Origin: Octopus vulgaris
Taxonomy: Eukaryota
Reading direction: 5' to 3'
Assembly: GCA_951406725.2 (NCBI GenBank)
Contig: OX597820.1
Span: forward strand, 55,676,001-55,740,000
Length of the DNA: 64,000 nt
Under the pieces are notes generated by a model. The model saw only the letters and a program-made list of their open reading frames with translations, made no database searches and was not told where the DNA came from. Position numbers and translations under genes: made by a program. Numbering within the stretch: position 1 is the first letter of the stretch; each line of letters starts with the position of its first letter. This document shows positions 37,617 to 52,180 of this stretch, in pieces.

Positions 37617-37910
37617 GTGGAGGCACATGGCCTAGTGGTTAGAGCAGCGGACTTGCGGTCGAGGGATCGCGGGTTTGAATCGCAGACCGGGTGATGTGTG
37701 TGTTTATGAGCGAAAACACCTAAGCTCCACGCAGCTCCGGCAGAAGGTAATGGCGAACTTCTGCTGACTCTTTCGCCACAAGTTTCTCTCACTCTTTCCT
37801 CCTGCATCTTGCAGCTCACCTGCGACGGACCAGCATCCCGTCCAGGTGGGGAACCTATACGCCAAGAAACCGGCCCTTATGAGCCAGGCATGGCTTGAGA
37901 AGGAACAAAC
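37617..37910 (+). mobile_element. tRNA-derived SINE family C
   Basis: A box tggcctagtggttag and B box ggtttgaatc; TSD aacaataggtatatat at 37601-37616 and 37911-37926; related copies at 52826, 57830-58075 (-) and 63907. Confidence 0.85.
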
Positions 37911-38076
37911 AACAATAGGTATATATAAAGCGTATAGCTTATATCCATTCAAAAGAAAAATTAAAGATCAGAAATTGGAGATAAAGAAGTTAATAATTGT
38001 TTATCAAAAAAATCGGTCATCTTCGCTTCTTACAGCCGTTTCAATTAATACTCAATAATCTAATAACAAATTTGTA

Positions 38077-38257
38077 CATTAAATTTACATCTATGTGACA
38101 TGAGTATAATTTGGATGTTATATGAGGGCTTATCAATTCATTTCAGCAGATGAAATGTTACGATTTATGATTTGTAATATTATATGCTCGGGTGAGGGTT
38201 CTACAGGTGGAGTGCGTAGGCATATATGTGTGTGTATGTGTATCTATGTATATGTTT

Positions 38258-38309
<52 letters not shown>

Positions 38310-40199
38310 ATGTGCATATATATATATAGGCGCAGGAGTGGCTGTGTGGTAAGTAGCTTGCTATCCAACCACATGTTTCCGGGTTCAGTCCCACTGTGCG
38401 GCATCTTGGGCAAGTGTCTTCTGCTATAGCCCCAGGCCGACCAATGCCTTGTGAGTGGATTTGGTAGACGGAAACTGAAAGAAGCCCGTTGTATATATGT
38501 ATATATATATATATATGTGTGTATGTTTGTGTGTCTGTGTTTGTCCCCCTAGCATTGCTTGACAACCAATGCTGGTGTGTTTACGTCCCCGTCACTTAGC
38601 GGTTCGGCAAAAGAGACCGATAGAATAAGTACTGGGCTTACAAAGAATAAGTCCCGGGGTCGATTTGCTCGACTAAAGGCGGTGCTCCAGCATGGCCACA
38701 GTCAAATGACTGAAACAAGGAAAAGAGTAAAGAGAATATGTATATATGTATGTGTGCATATATATATATCATCATCGTTTAATGTCCACTTTCCATGCTA
38801 GCATGGGTTGGTTGATTTGACTGAGGACTGGCGAACCAGATGGCTGCACCAGGCTCCAATCTTGATCTGGCAGAGTTTCTACAGCTGGATGCCCTTCCTA
38901 ATGCCAACCACTCTGAGAGTGTAGTGGGTGCATTTACATGCCAATGGCACGAGGGCCATTCAGGCGGTACTGATATATATATATAGCAATAATAAATCTC
39001 TGAACAAGATGTAAACAGCAGCAGCATGACATCTAAATGTGGCTGTCCCATATGGGACGATGCTATTGTAGTTTATAGTGCCAGGAAGACATCTCCTCCA
39101 GCTGGCTAGCGACACACTGTCTGTGCCCGATCAGTATTTGCAAACGGAAATCATTGTTCCCATCTCTAGCCTTCTAGAAAAAGCATTTTGTATTTATGTA
39201 GGCGCATATATAAATATATGAGCAGATGCACATAGATATGAATACACAGGAGTGTATGTATGCACATCTGTGTGTATATATATGTGTATGCATGCATGTA
39301 CCTGTGCGTATGTATGAACATCTGCTGATATATATGTATATGTATGTATATACGGACATATATGTAGACACATGCATATATTTTTTTATATACGTGTGCA
39401 TGTCTATATGCATATATATGTGTATGTGCATGTGTATGCTTGTACTTGTGTATGTGTGGGTGAGTATGCATATATAGGTGTATGTGTGTGTGTGAGTGTG
39501 TGTATGTATATGTATGATTAACTATACGTACATATACAGGCATCTTTATCTGTGTCTGAAGTTATATTCCTTTGTACAATTAGACATCAATAGTTTACAA
39601 AACCGTTAAGAATAAATGTACTTTCTTTTGAATTAGTATACACACAAATTCAAAATTTCAATAATAGATGGGCATTGATTGACTGATATGGATCTGTATT
39701 ACTTTCTTTTTAGGGATGATAGGTAGGAAAAGTGCATATGTGTGTGTGTGAGTGCATACATATTTATGCATGTACGTGTATATGCGTGTATACATATGTG
39801 TATACATGTGGGTGCATGTAGATATACAGGTACATGTGCTTATCTCTGTCTGTATATATGAATGTATGTACATATATTTATATGTGTACATACAAATATA
39901 TAAATTTTTATAGTCCTATTTATACCTTATAATTGAATATTTTATTCTTTTATTAATGATAAATTTTTCTTATTTATATTTAACTTTCCTCAATCATGCC
40001 TACCTACTTTGCTTAGTGATATAATTTTATTTACTCTATTTTATCTCTAATCTCTCACCCAAGCATATAATATTACAAATGATAAACCATAACATTTCGT
40101 CTGCTGAAATGAATTGATAAGCCCACATATAACATCCAAAAGTACATCTTTTTCCCTCTGATGAATTTATACTCATGTCACGTAAATGTAAATTTAATG
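38077..40199. mobile_element. Putative DNA transposon with ~120-150-bp TIRs and TA flanks
   Basis: 38077-38196 is the reverse complement of 40053-40199 (one ~27-bp indel); interior holds SINE A, an RTE tail and microsatellites. Confidence 0.6.
38329..38735 (+). mobile_element. SINE family A
   Basis: Full-length, near consensus. Confidence 0.9.
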
Positions 40200-40249
40200 T
40201 ACATATAATATAAATTATATGCATATATATATATATATATATATATACA

Positions 40250-41077
40250 TCTCTCTATATATAAAAGGCACTTTGTCTGTCTGTGTGTCTGTCAGGTTGT
40301 ACCCTCACCCTGATCACGGCTTTCAACTGATTCTGATGAAACTTGACACACACATAGCCCAATGTCATAATTCAAAACTAACGCCGCGAAAATTTTGAAA
40401 AGTTCCCCCAGTTCTGAAAAAAATCAATAAATTCGACATGGGGTTGAGAATCTAAGCTCATCATATGCAACACATTTTCCATTGTAGTTTTAGAAACTTG
40501 CAATCGATATTCACCAAACTCGTGGTGAAGCTTAATGTTACCCTAAGAAACTTAATTCTGACGTTAGTTTTCCATGCAATACCTTACCATCAGAAAAAAT
40601 CGATAAAATCATGCCATTTTGGGAAATCGGGTTCAAATTCAAGATGATATATTTTCGACAATATCTTTAACATATTGGCAGGAATTTTTTTTGAAATTCA
40701 CAGTGAGAATCATGTCTGCTCCAAGGAGCTATATGGCCCTTTTGATTCCAATAGGATACGTTATTACTGGAAAAAATCGGTTAATTACATCATATGTGGC
40801 ACACATAGCAAACCGATTTTTCTGCGATATTTTTTGAAAGTTCACATAGATTTTCCCTACACCGATGTTAAGTTTGCATTAAATGTCAAACTAACGACCT
40901 TTTGTCAATGCAGTTAACAAGTATTGGGAGAAATCGACAAAACCATATCACTTTGAGACTGACCATGATTTTACAAAATAACAGTTCAATGAGTACAAAA
41001 AAGGGTAAAAAGGTAAAGGGCATTGCTTATTGACAAAGTTTCTTAAATACCCGGACAACGCCGGGCTATGCTGCTAG
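40250..41077 (+). mobile_element. Non-autonomous Helitron
   Basis: A|TCtctctatatataaaagg 5' end with tgtc repeats; 3' hairpin cccgg-acaacg-ccggg (41050-41065) then CTAG|T; no TSD. Confidence 0.85.
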
Positions 41078-41098
41078 TACATATATATATAATATAAA

Positions 41099-41150
<52 letters not shown>

Positions 41151-41151
41151 T

Positions 41152-41718
41152 CATCATCATTGTTTAACGGCCGCTTTCTATGCTAGCATGGGTTGGACGA
41201 TTTGACTGAGGGCTGGCGAACCAGAAAGGCTGCACCAGGCTCCAATCTGATGTGGGAGAGTTTCTACAGCTGTATGCCTTTCCTAACACCAACCACTCCA
41301 AGAGCGTAGTGGGTGCTTTTACGTGCAACCTGCACAGGAGCCAGTCCAGCAGCACTGGCATTGACCTCACTTGAATGTTTTTTCACGTGCCACTGGCACA
41401 AGTGCCAGTAGGGTGATGCTAGTAACGATCATGCTCGAATGGTGCTTTTTATGTGCCACCAGCACAGAAGCCAGTCAGCTGCTCTGGCAACGATCAGGCT
41501 CAGATGGTGCTCTTAGCGCTCCACTAGCATGGATGCCAGTCATTGAATTTGATTTCGGTTCTGATTTCACTTGTCTTAACAGGTCTTCGCAAGCAGAGTT
41601 TAGTGTCCAATGAAGGAAAGGTATGCATAAGTGGGCTGGTTACACCCCTGGCATAGGCCATGAGGTTTTGGTCTCACTTGGCTTGCCAGTTCTTCTCAAG
41701 TACAACATATGTCCAAAG
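41152..41718 (-). mobile_element. RTE LINE 3' end with (GAT)n tail and internal ~55-bp repeats
   Basis: Homologous to 42865-43533, 51520-52180, 54535-54910, 57428-57675, 60925-61180 and 38770-38970. Confidence 0.8.
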
Positions 41719-41719
41719 G

Positions 41720-41758
41720 TACATATAATATAAATAGTATAAATATAGATATAATATA

Positions 41759-41837
<79 letters not shown>

Positions 41838-41984
41838 GATAGATAGATATAATATAAATAATATAGATATAGTATAAATTATATACATATATATAATATA
41901 AATTATATATAATATAAATAATATATATATAATATAGATAAAATATATATATATAATATAGATAAAATATATATATATAATATG

Positions 41985-42021
<37 letters not shown>

Positions 42022-42405
42022 TAATATATATATAATATAGATAATATAGATAATATATATATAATATAGATAATATATATATAATATAGATAATATAGAT
42101 AATATATATATAATATAAATAATATATATATAATATAAATAATATATATATATATAATATAAATAATATATATATATAATATAAATAATATATATATATA
42201 TAATATAAATAATATATATATATAATATAAATAATATATATATATATAATATAAATAATATATATAATATAAATGATATATATATATGTAATATAAATGA
42301 TATATATATATAATATAAATGATATATATATAATATAAATGATATATATATAATATAAATAATATATATATATATATATTATATATTTATATATATATAT
42401 ATATC

Positions 42406-42444
<39 letters not shown>

Positions 42445-42525
42445 ATATATATGTATATAATATATATGTATATATATTATATATATGATATAGATATTAT
42501 CTGTATATATAATATAAATAATATA
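41720..42525. repeat. AT-only mini/microsatellite array (taatata[a/g]ataa(ta)n)
   Basis: Direct reading. Confidence 0.95.
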
Positions 42526-42864
42526 TTCTGTTGTATCTGGGGAGAGTCATTTTCTTTTTGTGCATATATATATATATATATATAATATAAATTATAGAAG
42601 TTATGAGAGGTAATGGTGTCAATAAGACCCAAAGGTGTCAGGTAATGCTGAGTAAGTGCTATGGACAGACCATAATTAAGCTCCAGGTTCAGTGATTATG
42701 CGAATAAGGAATCCAACATTGGTCATATATCAGCATATGTATATATAAAAAGTTTTTTTTCAGAATGAGATAAAAACCAAAGCTGTGAAGATTTTAGAAC
42801 ATTTGTAAATAGAAAACAAAATAAATTATATATATATGATATAAATATATATATAATATAGATA

Positions 42865-43533
42865 TCATCATCATCATTGTTTAATGTCCGCTTTCCACGC
42901 TGGCATGGGTTGGATGGTTTGACTGAGGACTGGCAAGCTAGATGGCTGCACCATGCTCCAATCTGATCAGGCAGAGTTTCTACAGCTTGATGCCCTTCCT
43001 AACACCAACCACTCCGAGAGTGTAATGGGTGCTTTTACATGCCACTGGTACAAGGGCCAGTCAGGCAGTACTGGCGACAGTCACGCTCAAATGGTGTTTT
43101 TATGTGCCACCTACACCGATGCCAGCCCAGTGGCACTGGCAACGACCTCGCTTGGATGTTGTTTTTCATGTGCTACTGGCACAAGTGCCAGTAAGGCAAT
43201 GCTGGTAATAATCATGCTCGAATGGTGCTTTTTATGTACCTCTGGCATAGGAGCCAGTCAGCAGACCTAGCAACAATCACGTTCGGATGGTGCTTTTAAC
43301 GTTCCACTGGCATGGGTGCCAGTCGGGTGGTGCTGTCATTGACCACATCAGCAAATTTGATTTTCATTGTGATTTCACTTGTCTCAACAGGTCTTCGCAA
43401 GCAACACATAAGTAGGCTGATTACACTGCTGGCATAGACCACAGGTTATGGTCTCACTTGGCTTGCCGAGTCTTCTCAAGCACAGCATATTTCCAAAGGT
43501 CTCAGTCACTAGTCATTACCTCGGTGAGACCCA
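42865..43533 (-). mobile_element. RTE LINE 3' end
   Basis: Minus strand encodes LGLTEVMTSD*DLWKYAVLEKTRQAK* (RTE C-terminal DR..W motif) followed by the shared 3' UTR. Confidence 0.8.
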
Positions 43534-43605
<72 letters not shown>

Positions 43606-44084
43606 AAAAAAAAAAACAGCATAAATATGTATATATAATATAAATAATATATATATAATATAATATATATATATAATATAAATTATATATATAATATAAA
43701 TAATATATATATGCATACATACATACACCCACACAAACACACATGCATACTCACATATATATACACATGCATATATGGGTACAGGATGTCACCAACAGTA
43801 AACAACATGAAATACAAAATCAAATGAGTTCAATATGCAAACAATGAGGGAAACAAATGGAAAACAGGACAAGTAACAGAAAGAACGACCCTTCATCAGT
43901 TGTCGGCTATCTATATATATATATGTATATATATAAAGTTTGAAAATGGAGAGATTCAATGAGTATAAATTAATTTATTAATCATTTGATATTGTGTACA
44001 ATTTTTAAAATATGAAGACTAATTAAAGGATTGTAAAAATAAATACTAAAGCTGATTGTAGCCTTATGAAACCTGGTAGTAAAT

Positions 44085-44345
44085 ATGGTAATAATAAATA
44101 TGAAAATAAAAGAAAATCTAGCAAAACCAAAATTAATAACATATGATAATACTTATAATTGTAAATATAATATTAATAAAAAAATGATATACTCTGATAA
44201 ATCTAATGTAGATTATAGTTCTCAAAATAAAACTAATAATTTGTGGTTTATTATCCCCTTTACAAGTCAAATCAAAAGCAACATAATTAAATCCATTTAT
44301 CGATTAGTTCATAAAAATTTAAACATGGGTAATAGGTATAGCGAA
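44085..44345 (+). mobile_element. Penelope-like element relic
   Basis: NNLWFIIPFTSQIKSNIIKSIYRLVHKNL resembles PLE IIWFNPPFS..VKTNIG..FLKLIDKHF. Confidence 0.5.
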
Positions 44346-44715
44346 ATTATTAATTCTTCAAGGTGGTGCTGCAGCATGACCATAGTCTAATAACTGAAAC
44401 AAGTAAGCAAATAAAGTAATAATCTTTTTTATTCTAGGCACAAGGCCCGAAATTTTTTGGGGTGGGGAAGGGGCAAGTGGATTAGATCAACTCCAATATG
44501 CAACTGGTACTTAATTTATTGCCCCTGAAAGGATGAAAGGTAAAATCGACCACGGTGGAATTTGAATTCAGAATGTAAAGACAGACGAAATACTGCTAAG
44601 CATTTCGTTTCTGCCAGCTCGCCTCCTTAGAATAAAGTGATAATAAAAGAACAATAGGGTGTGGTTCGAAAGAAAGATCTTGTTTCATTTAAGCAGGTCG
44701 GGCAGCCACCTAGAG

Positions 44716-44993
44716 CAGTGGTTCTCAACCAGGGTCCATGTGACCCCATGGGATCCACATAACAAAATAGTAAATTGGGGGTTCACAATAGTATTTTAAG
44801 GGCCCCTGGAAAAGTTTTGCTTTAGATGTATGTATTGCGAGAAACAGCTAGGTTTCTTTCTCTGTTTTACATAGTTCAACCGACACAAGTTAATGTGTGA
44901 AAAACAGAATCAGAATAAACATTGAATGGCTATGGGGATCCACCAGAATAAAATCAAAGGGGTCCATAGATAAAAAATAGTTGATAACCCTTG
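44716..44993. mobile_element. hAT (Charlie-like) MITE
   Basis: cagtggttctcaacc...gttgataacccttg; imperfect 8-bp TSD acctagag/actttgag. Confidence 0.7.
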
Positions 44994-46099
44994 ACTTTGA
45001 GGTTCTTGTGGGAATGGAGATTAATAACTAATGCAGTTTATTTGATTTTTTTTTTTTGAGGGGTCACATATTTATTTATTGAATGTCCTGGAAAAAAAGT
45101 AGAAAAATCTCTTCAGGCAATATTTAATTTCATTATCTCAATCGAGCTGTGTTCTTTATCCTCTCCATACTATAGTGATATACAATTAAGGCATGAGGCC
45201 GGGAATTTCGACAGCAGACGTTTAGTTAATACCATTGCCCTATCTCTAGTACTTGGCAGGTACTTTATTTTATCAATCCTGAAAGGATGATAGGCTGGGT
45301 TGTTCGGTGGGATTTAAACTCAGATTGTGAACAGCCGGAATATATACCACAAAGCATTTTGTTTGTCGCTGTACAGATTCTTCGACTCTTCCAATCTTTC
45401 TCCATTCACTATATAAGTGGTCTTTTTTTCCTATTTTGGTTTTTTAGAAAATTAGTTGAGATTGAGAAATTTGATTTTGTACACTAAGTATAAAATGCCA
45501 TATTGGCTTTGTAAGTTCCTGCCATTAAAGTAAGAATTGTAGCACAGAATATTTTAATAATTACTTTTTCTTTCCCTGGTTAATTAATTAATTGCTGTAA
45601 GTCGTCTGTGTCATTGTTGTTATTGTCCAAGCCATGAGCTATTATCAAAATCGTTTAACTGTAACTGACATATTTTTAAGTGCAGTGTATCCAAAACGAC
45701 ATTAAATGATATCTTTTTTTAGGCTGTAATTTGAATGAAAATTGACTGTAATTTCTCGCTGGTTGATTCACTTCGTAAGGGTGTAGTGAAAGAAGACTTA
45801 TAGATTACGCAACAAATGTGTCAAGAAATGACAGACGTGTGTCGTGAAATTAATTGTTCGAGACTAAAATATTTTTCTCTCGGATTTTAAACGTTAAGTA
45901 TTCTGACTATGTAATTTGCTGTGTTTAATACGCTATACATACAAGTGTGTCGCCAACGATAAAAGATTATATCAGAAGAAACCACTTTGTCTGCGTGAAA
46001 ACATTAAATAAATAGATAAATGTTAAATTAAGTTCGTCTGTCATTTGGTGAGGTAGAGCTACTGTCATTTCAGATAAAGCTCTCTTATATTTTATCATT

Positions 46100-46507
46100 G
46101 GATCTTTTCGGTTTGAACGGCAGTTTTTTCTAGCAGTGTCATATGAAATTGTCACCCATAATTATGACCCTAGTATCGATCTATTGCATTTCAATCTGTT
46201 TTAGGGTTAGGGGTGGGGAAAAGGGTATCTTTTTTTCTTCACAAATGTAAGTAAACCCAATCTGTTTCGTAAACGAGGGACATATTCATACGGCACAGAA
46301 TGTTTTCACCTCAATCGACGTCACTGATTGGTTGAAATTGCAGAAATTGAAGAAAAAAACAACAAATATCTTACACTATAGAATTTTCTCAAGAAAACCA
46401 AGAGAAAAAGATGTTTTATAAACACATTCTACCAGTATACGAAGTTTAAAAGTGTTTAGTTTCTTGGAAATTATTTTTAAAAACTGCTGTTCAAACCGAA
46501 TAGATCC
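46100..46507 (+). mobile_element. GG-terminated MITE (Merlin-like) with internal TTAGGG repeats
   Basis: TIRs ggatcttttcggtttgaacggcagtttt / aaaactgctgttcaaaccgaatagatcc; TSD ttatcat(t/c). Confidence 0.85.
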
Positions 46508-47022
46508 TTATCATCTAGTATTTACGAATGTTATAATTTCTTTTTCTTCTTTGTTTTTGCATTCGTTCTCTTCGAATTTACTTTTCTTTTCCATTTCTTT
46601 CTTTTTTGTGTGTATGTGCGTATAAGAAGTAATATACATTCAGCACTGCTCTGTTTTAAGCAAGGTCAGTGTTCTGCCAAGAATGAAATTCATTTTCTTC
46701 TTGTTTCTTTGCATTGTTGTAGTCCTAGCTTCAATGGTTCTTAACTGTTTTTGTAGAACCTACCACCTTTAAGCAGTTATATCTAGTGCCCATCTAAGTG
46801 ACAGTGAGATTTCACGACTAAACTAACTTAACATGAATAATTTGTAAATTTTAGTTTAACGATGGCCCCTTGTAAAAGTTTTTAACAATGAAATGATAAA
46901 AAGTTAATGAAGACCAAAGTTGTGAATTTACTTTATACATTACAAGTTAATGACTTCCCTGTGCCTGATGAATTCTCATTTTATTTTAATAACCATTACT
47001 AGTTTTATTATCATCTTATATA

Positions 47023-47252
47023 TATTTCTTTACTGCCCACAAGGGGCTAAACATAAAGGGGACATACAAGGACAGACAAAGGGATTAAGTTGATTACATT
47101 GACTCCAATGCGTAACTGGTACTTAATTTTCGACCAATGAAAGGATGAAAGGCAGTCGACCTCGGCGGAATTTGAACTCAGAACGTAACGGCAGACAAAA
47201 TACGGCAACTCATTTCGCCCGGCATGCTAACATTTCTGCCAGCTCGCCGCCT
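47023..47252 (-). mobile_element. SINE family B monomer
   Basis: Full head and body; flanking repeat tattatcatc..ttatata. Confidence 0.85.
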
Positions 47253-47636
47253 ATTATCATCATCTTATATAGTAAAATGCAATGTGTAGTGCTGTAAGTC
47301 ATGCTAGGGAGAAAGAAGAGTAAGACAATCGGAGTGGGAATGGGTGTAAGTGACATGCTCAAGCAGGGGACAGCATTTAAAGGCTTTGCTCCGAAGACAC
47401 TGATATTTTAATCAAAATTACAAGAGCACTCAGAGAGCGCAAACCTCCACCAAGGTAACACAAACGTCCTTAATTTTTTATTACCCACAAGGGGCAAAAA
47501 ATAGAAGTTATCCATTACAAGAACAATACAAAACTCATAATCGGGGAAATAAAAATACAGAAAGAAATCGAGTAAAGAAGAAAAAATAAAAAGAACGAAT
47601 GAAAATATGAAAATGATAAAATGGGCGCAATGCCCA

Positions 47637-48150
47637 CTCGAGAACATACACAACTCTCTCATGGGATATGCTAATAACATAGACTATTTAGTTTAAAGTC
47701 AATTGCTTGTCATCCAACAGACTGTGGTGAACATGATCGATGTTTTCCTTGGTGGTGGCAGTTGTAGGATATTATCTTACAACTCTCAATCACCCTCCTA
47801 AATTCAGCTGCTCACTTTTGCACCATTGATAAAACTGAAGCATTATCCCCTAATGTAGCAACCATTTCAGTATGAATGTCCTTGGGGACTAAACCCATTT
47901 TCTATTGGTACTTGGTAACACAACGATGCCACATTTTGTCCATTTTCAAGAGAAATTATTACTAGTTACTTCTGAAGTCTTCTTTGAGCAGTCAGATAGT
48001 GGTTTACCCAGAAAGAAACAATGCACCTATTAATAAGAAGAGTTGAAAGTAATGCATGCAAGATTTCACAACTCTAGCCTCACTTCTTCATAGTCAATCT
48101 ATGAACCTTTCAGGCAACCTTTGTATGTATGTACGAATGAATTCAGCCAA
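47637..48150 (-). pseudogene. Mariner transposase 5' relic (HTH region)
   Basis: MDKMWHRCVTKYQ*KMGLVPKDIHTEMVATLGDNASVLSMVQK*AAEFRR..PTTATTKENIDHVHH.LLDDKQLT..ISISHERV. Confidence 0.8.
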
Positions 48151-48151
48151 C

Positions 48152-48365
48152 TCTCTTTTACTCTTTTACTTGTTTCAGTCATTTGACTGCGGCCATGCTG
48201 GAGCACTGCCTTTTAGTTGAGGAAATCAGCCCCAGGACTTATTCTTTGGAAGCCTAGTACTTATTCTATTAGTCTCTTTTGCCAAACCGCTAAGTTACAG
48301 GGTCGTAAACACACCACCATCAGTTGTCAAGCGATGCTGGGGGGGGACAAACACAGACACACACA

Positions 48366-48431
<66 letters not shown>

Positions 48432-48578
48432 TATATACAACAGGCTTCTTTCAGTTTCCGTCTACCAAATCCACTCACAAGGCTTTGGTCAGCCCGAGGC
48501 TATAGTAGAAGACATTTGTGCCCAAGGTGCCATGTGGTTGGTAAGCAAGCTACTTACCACACAACCACTCCTGCACCT
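48152..48578 (-). mobile_element. SINE family A
   Basis: Reverse complement of the consensus. Confidence 0.85.
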
Positions 48579-49383
48579 ATCTGTAGAAGAAACTTTCATG
48601 GTTTAGTGGAGGGGAAGGCAACTGTAGCAATGCATTGTGAAGTGCAGAGAGCAAGATGAGGCAAGTAAGACATCTTGGTCATTCACTGCATCTGTCTCCA
48701 TTCCCAGTTATCTTGACCTGACCTTGCCACAAGAGTGAAGACAGTGATGGTCAGAAGAATGAGGTCGATGGTGAGCAACTCTTTTTTTCACTTTAAATGA
48801 AGTCACCACTCAAGTCATCAGTCTTCCTTCAGGATGACTAGACTGACCTTGTTGCTTTAACAGACAAACATTCATGTATGTGTGTGCATTTGTATTTGTG
48901 TGTGTATGTATTCATATGTGCATGATTGTTGACATTCCACGGTTTTGTGTTTCATTGTCAGAGAGCAATAGTGAAATGATGTTTACATTCCTTCTTTGAC
49001 ATTACAACTGATCACTCTGCTTTTGAATGTCCTTTTAAATGAAAAATCCTTTACATGGAAAACAAGGGTTGGTGACAGGAAAAGCATCTGACTGTAAAAT
49101 CCTGCTTCAGATAAGTCCTCCTCTCCAACCCATACTGGTATCAAAAAGTGTATGTTAAAGGAATGCACAGTGTGTGTGTGTTGGTTGAGCTGTACTTATT
49201 TGCATGTGATTTGATCTTAAAGCAAGTGTTGAAATTAAAACAGTTTCATCATGGCCTGAGTTCTTGAATACATTGATAAAGTTGGTTACATTTAAGTTAG
49301 TCAAGGTTATGACAAACGTCTCTATGAATGAAGTAAGTAGAAAGAGTGAATTTCAAATATATCATGTAAAGAAAATATGGATA

Positions 49384-49800
49384 GGCGCAGGAGTGGCTGT
49401 GTGGTAAGTAGCTTGCTAATCAACCACATGGTTCCGGGTTCAGTCCCACTGCATGGCATCTTGGGCAAGTGTCTCCTGCTATAGCCCCGGGCCGACCAAT
49501 GCCTTGTGAGTGGATTTGGTAGACGGAAACTGAAAGAAGCCTGTCGTATATATGTATATATATATATAAGTGTGTGTATATGTTTGTGTGTCTGTGTTTG
49601 TCCCCCCAGCATTGCTTGACAACCGATGCTGGTGTGTTTACGTCCCCGTCACTTAGCGGTTCGGCAAAAGAGACCGATAGAATAAGTACTGGGCTTACAA
49701 AGAGTAAGTCCCGGGGTCGATTTGCTCGACTAAAGGCGGTGCTCCAGCATGGCCGCAGTCAAATGACTGAAACAAGTAAAAGAGAAAAAAGAGTAAAATA
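49384..49800 (+). mobile_element. SINE family A
   Basis: Near-consensus copy. Confidence 0.9.
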
Positions 49801-51480
49801 TATTTACTGAAGAGTATTCTTTTGAGACATTGTAACGTTTGGTTGTTTATCCTAGCCAGCTGATGTTGATAAAGGCAGATTCACTTTACTTTATTTTCTA
49901 GTTTGTACTAGCAATGAAAAAAATCCATTGATCAAGTTTATTAGAATCATTAGAGCCTCAGACAGTATGTATTTGAACGCTTAACTTTTTGAGTTCAAAT
50001 CCTGCCAGGGTCAACTTTACCCTTCATTCCCCTAGAGCCAATAAAATAAACAGTCACTTAAGTACTGGGTCAATTTAAATTGACTAATCATCTTCCCTAA
50101 ATTTCAGGCCTTCTGCTTATTTTAGAAACAATTATTTAGGGCAGTGAATTGGCAGAATCATTAATATTGGATAAAATGCCACGTGGTATGTCTTTCAATT
50201 TTTTACTTTCTGTGTTCAAATCCCTCCAAGATCAATGTTGCTGTTCATTCTTTCAGGATCAACAAAATAAAGTACATTTCATGTACCCTCTCATCAAATT
50301 GCTGGCTTTGTACTGAGATCAGAAACCATTGTTATTATTATTAAGACCCAAATCTGAGTTCAACTGAGATCAACCCTCTCAGGGTTGATAAAATATGTCA
50401 AAGTTAAGCGCTGGAGTTGATGCAATTGACAAAGACCCCTCACCACAAATTTCAGATCTCATGCCTATAGTATATAGGATTATTATTGATTGGCTGGCAG
50501 AATCGTTAGTGTGCCAGGCAAAATGCTTAGTGGCATTCTGTCCGCCTTTACATTCTGAGTTCAAATTCCACTGAGATTGACTTTGCCTTTCATCCTTTCG
50601 GGGTCGATAAAATAAGTACCAGTCAAGCAGTGGGGTCAATGTTATTGACTGCCCACCTCCACTCCCAGATTTCAGGCCTTGTGCCTCTCGTAGAAAGGAC
50701 TATTATAATTATTCTTATTTTCACAAAATAAGAATAAAGTAAGAGTGAATATTGTAGTGTATGTCTCGTTTTTTTTCCAGTGATTACAATGATGCTATTG
50801 TTACATGTATGTTTACATACACATCTGGATGCACAAACATGGGAAAAAGGACTCAATACCTGAGTAGAGTTTATTTATTTGAAGCTGTTGGTTTGCCCAT
50901 CATCACTCAGTTTATTGCTATATACAATCTTTTAGGCAACAACAACCAATCATCAGAAAGATTAATTTTTCTGTTGCTACTCAGAGGAAAACCCTTGGTA
51001 GCAATGGAGTGAATCATCAGCTCTGGAAGAATAAATAGTACTCAGACCCATCTTGGATAATAACTATATGAACTAGTGTTGACTGTAATTATAAAAATAT
51101 TATATAGAATTTTTTTTTTGTTATATATGAAAGCATTTGCTTAGTTCCCTTTGTTTGGCCCAATGTTACTTTATATATTTACTCCCTCATGGCTGACTAC
51201 TATTTATAGTGCAACAGAACAAGTATCTGTCTTTATCAACACTGGCTGAGGAGACAAACAGCTGTCAAAACATTATGATGTCCCCACAGAATATTCTTAG
51301 ATAAACATATCCCTATATTCTTTATAGTATAATCAAGATTTACTCATTCTGTATATTTCAAACACAATGGAAGAAAAAAGAAAAAAACTAAAATAGCTGT
51401 AGAGCACTCTCTGTAGATAAATGCCATATTTAGACTAATTAAGATATACTGTGTATAGCACATGTCTATCTAGTTCACAT

Positions 51481-51519
<39 letters not shown>

Positions 51520-51523
<4 letters not shown>

Positions 51524-52180
51524 CGAGGCAATGACTAGTGACCAAGACCTTTGGAAATATGCTGTGCGTGAGAAGATCTGGCAAGCCAAGTGAGAGTATA
51601 ACCCGTGGCTTATGCCAGGTGTGTAACCAGCCCACTTATGCGTACCTTTCCTTCATTGGACACTAAACTCTGCTTGCAAAGACCTGTTGAGGCAAGTGAA
51701 ATCAAAATCAAATTCAATGACTGGCATCCATGCTAGTGGAGCGCTAAGAGCACCATCTGAACGTGATTGTTGCCAGAGCAGCTGACTGGCTTCCGTGCCG
51801 GTGGCACGTAAAAAGCATGATTTGAGCGTGATGGTTACCAGAGTCGCCACCTGTGCCGGTGGCATGTGAAAAAATATTCAAGTGAGGTTGTTGCCAGTGC
51901 CGCTGGACTGGCTCCTGTGCAGGTGGCACATAAAAAACACCATTTGAGTGTGGCTGTTGCCAGTTCTGCCTAACTGGCCCTTCTGCCGGTGGCACATAAA
52001 AGCACCCACTACACTCTCAGAGTGGTTGACGTTAGGAAGAACATCAAGCTGTAGAAACTCTGCCAGATCAGATTGGAGCCTGGTGCAGCCATCTGGTTCG
52101 CCAGTCCTCAGTCAAATCATCCGACCCATGCCAGCATGGAAAGCAGACGTTAAACGATGATGATAATGATGATTATGATG
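51520..52180 (+). mobile_element. RTE LINE 3' end
   Basis: TEAMTSDQDLWKYAVREKIWQAK* then 3' UTR repeats and (GAT)n tail. Confidence 0.8.

Noticed and set aside
37617-37690. tRNA gene candidate
   Set aside because: The tRNA-like head continues into a SINE body with a tail and a 16-bp TSD, and no proper cloverleaf forms.
43880-43910. CTGATGA hammerhead half-core on the minus strand
   Set aside because: No stem II closure or GAAA found downstream.
46683-46772. Signal-peptide-like ORF MKFIFFLFLCIVVVLASMVLNCFCRTYHL
   Set aside because: Stops after 29 codons with no good splice donor; hydrophobicity is explained by T-rich sequence.
50890-51030. Possible exon on either strand
   Set aside because: Short frames with no recognisable homology and no consistent splice pair.
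51245-51268. ctgaggagacaaacagctgtca hammerhead-like string
   Set aside because: No stem II and the GAAA is missing.
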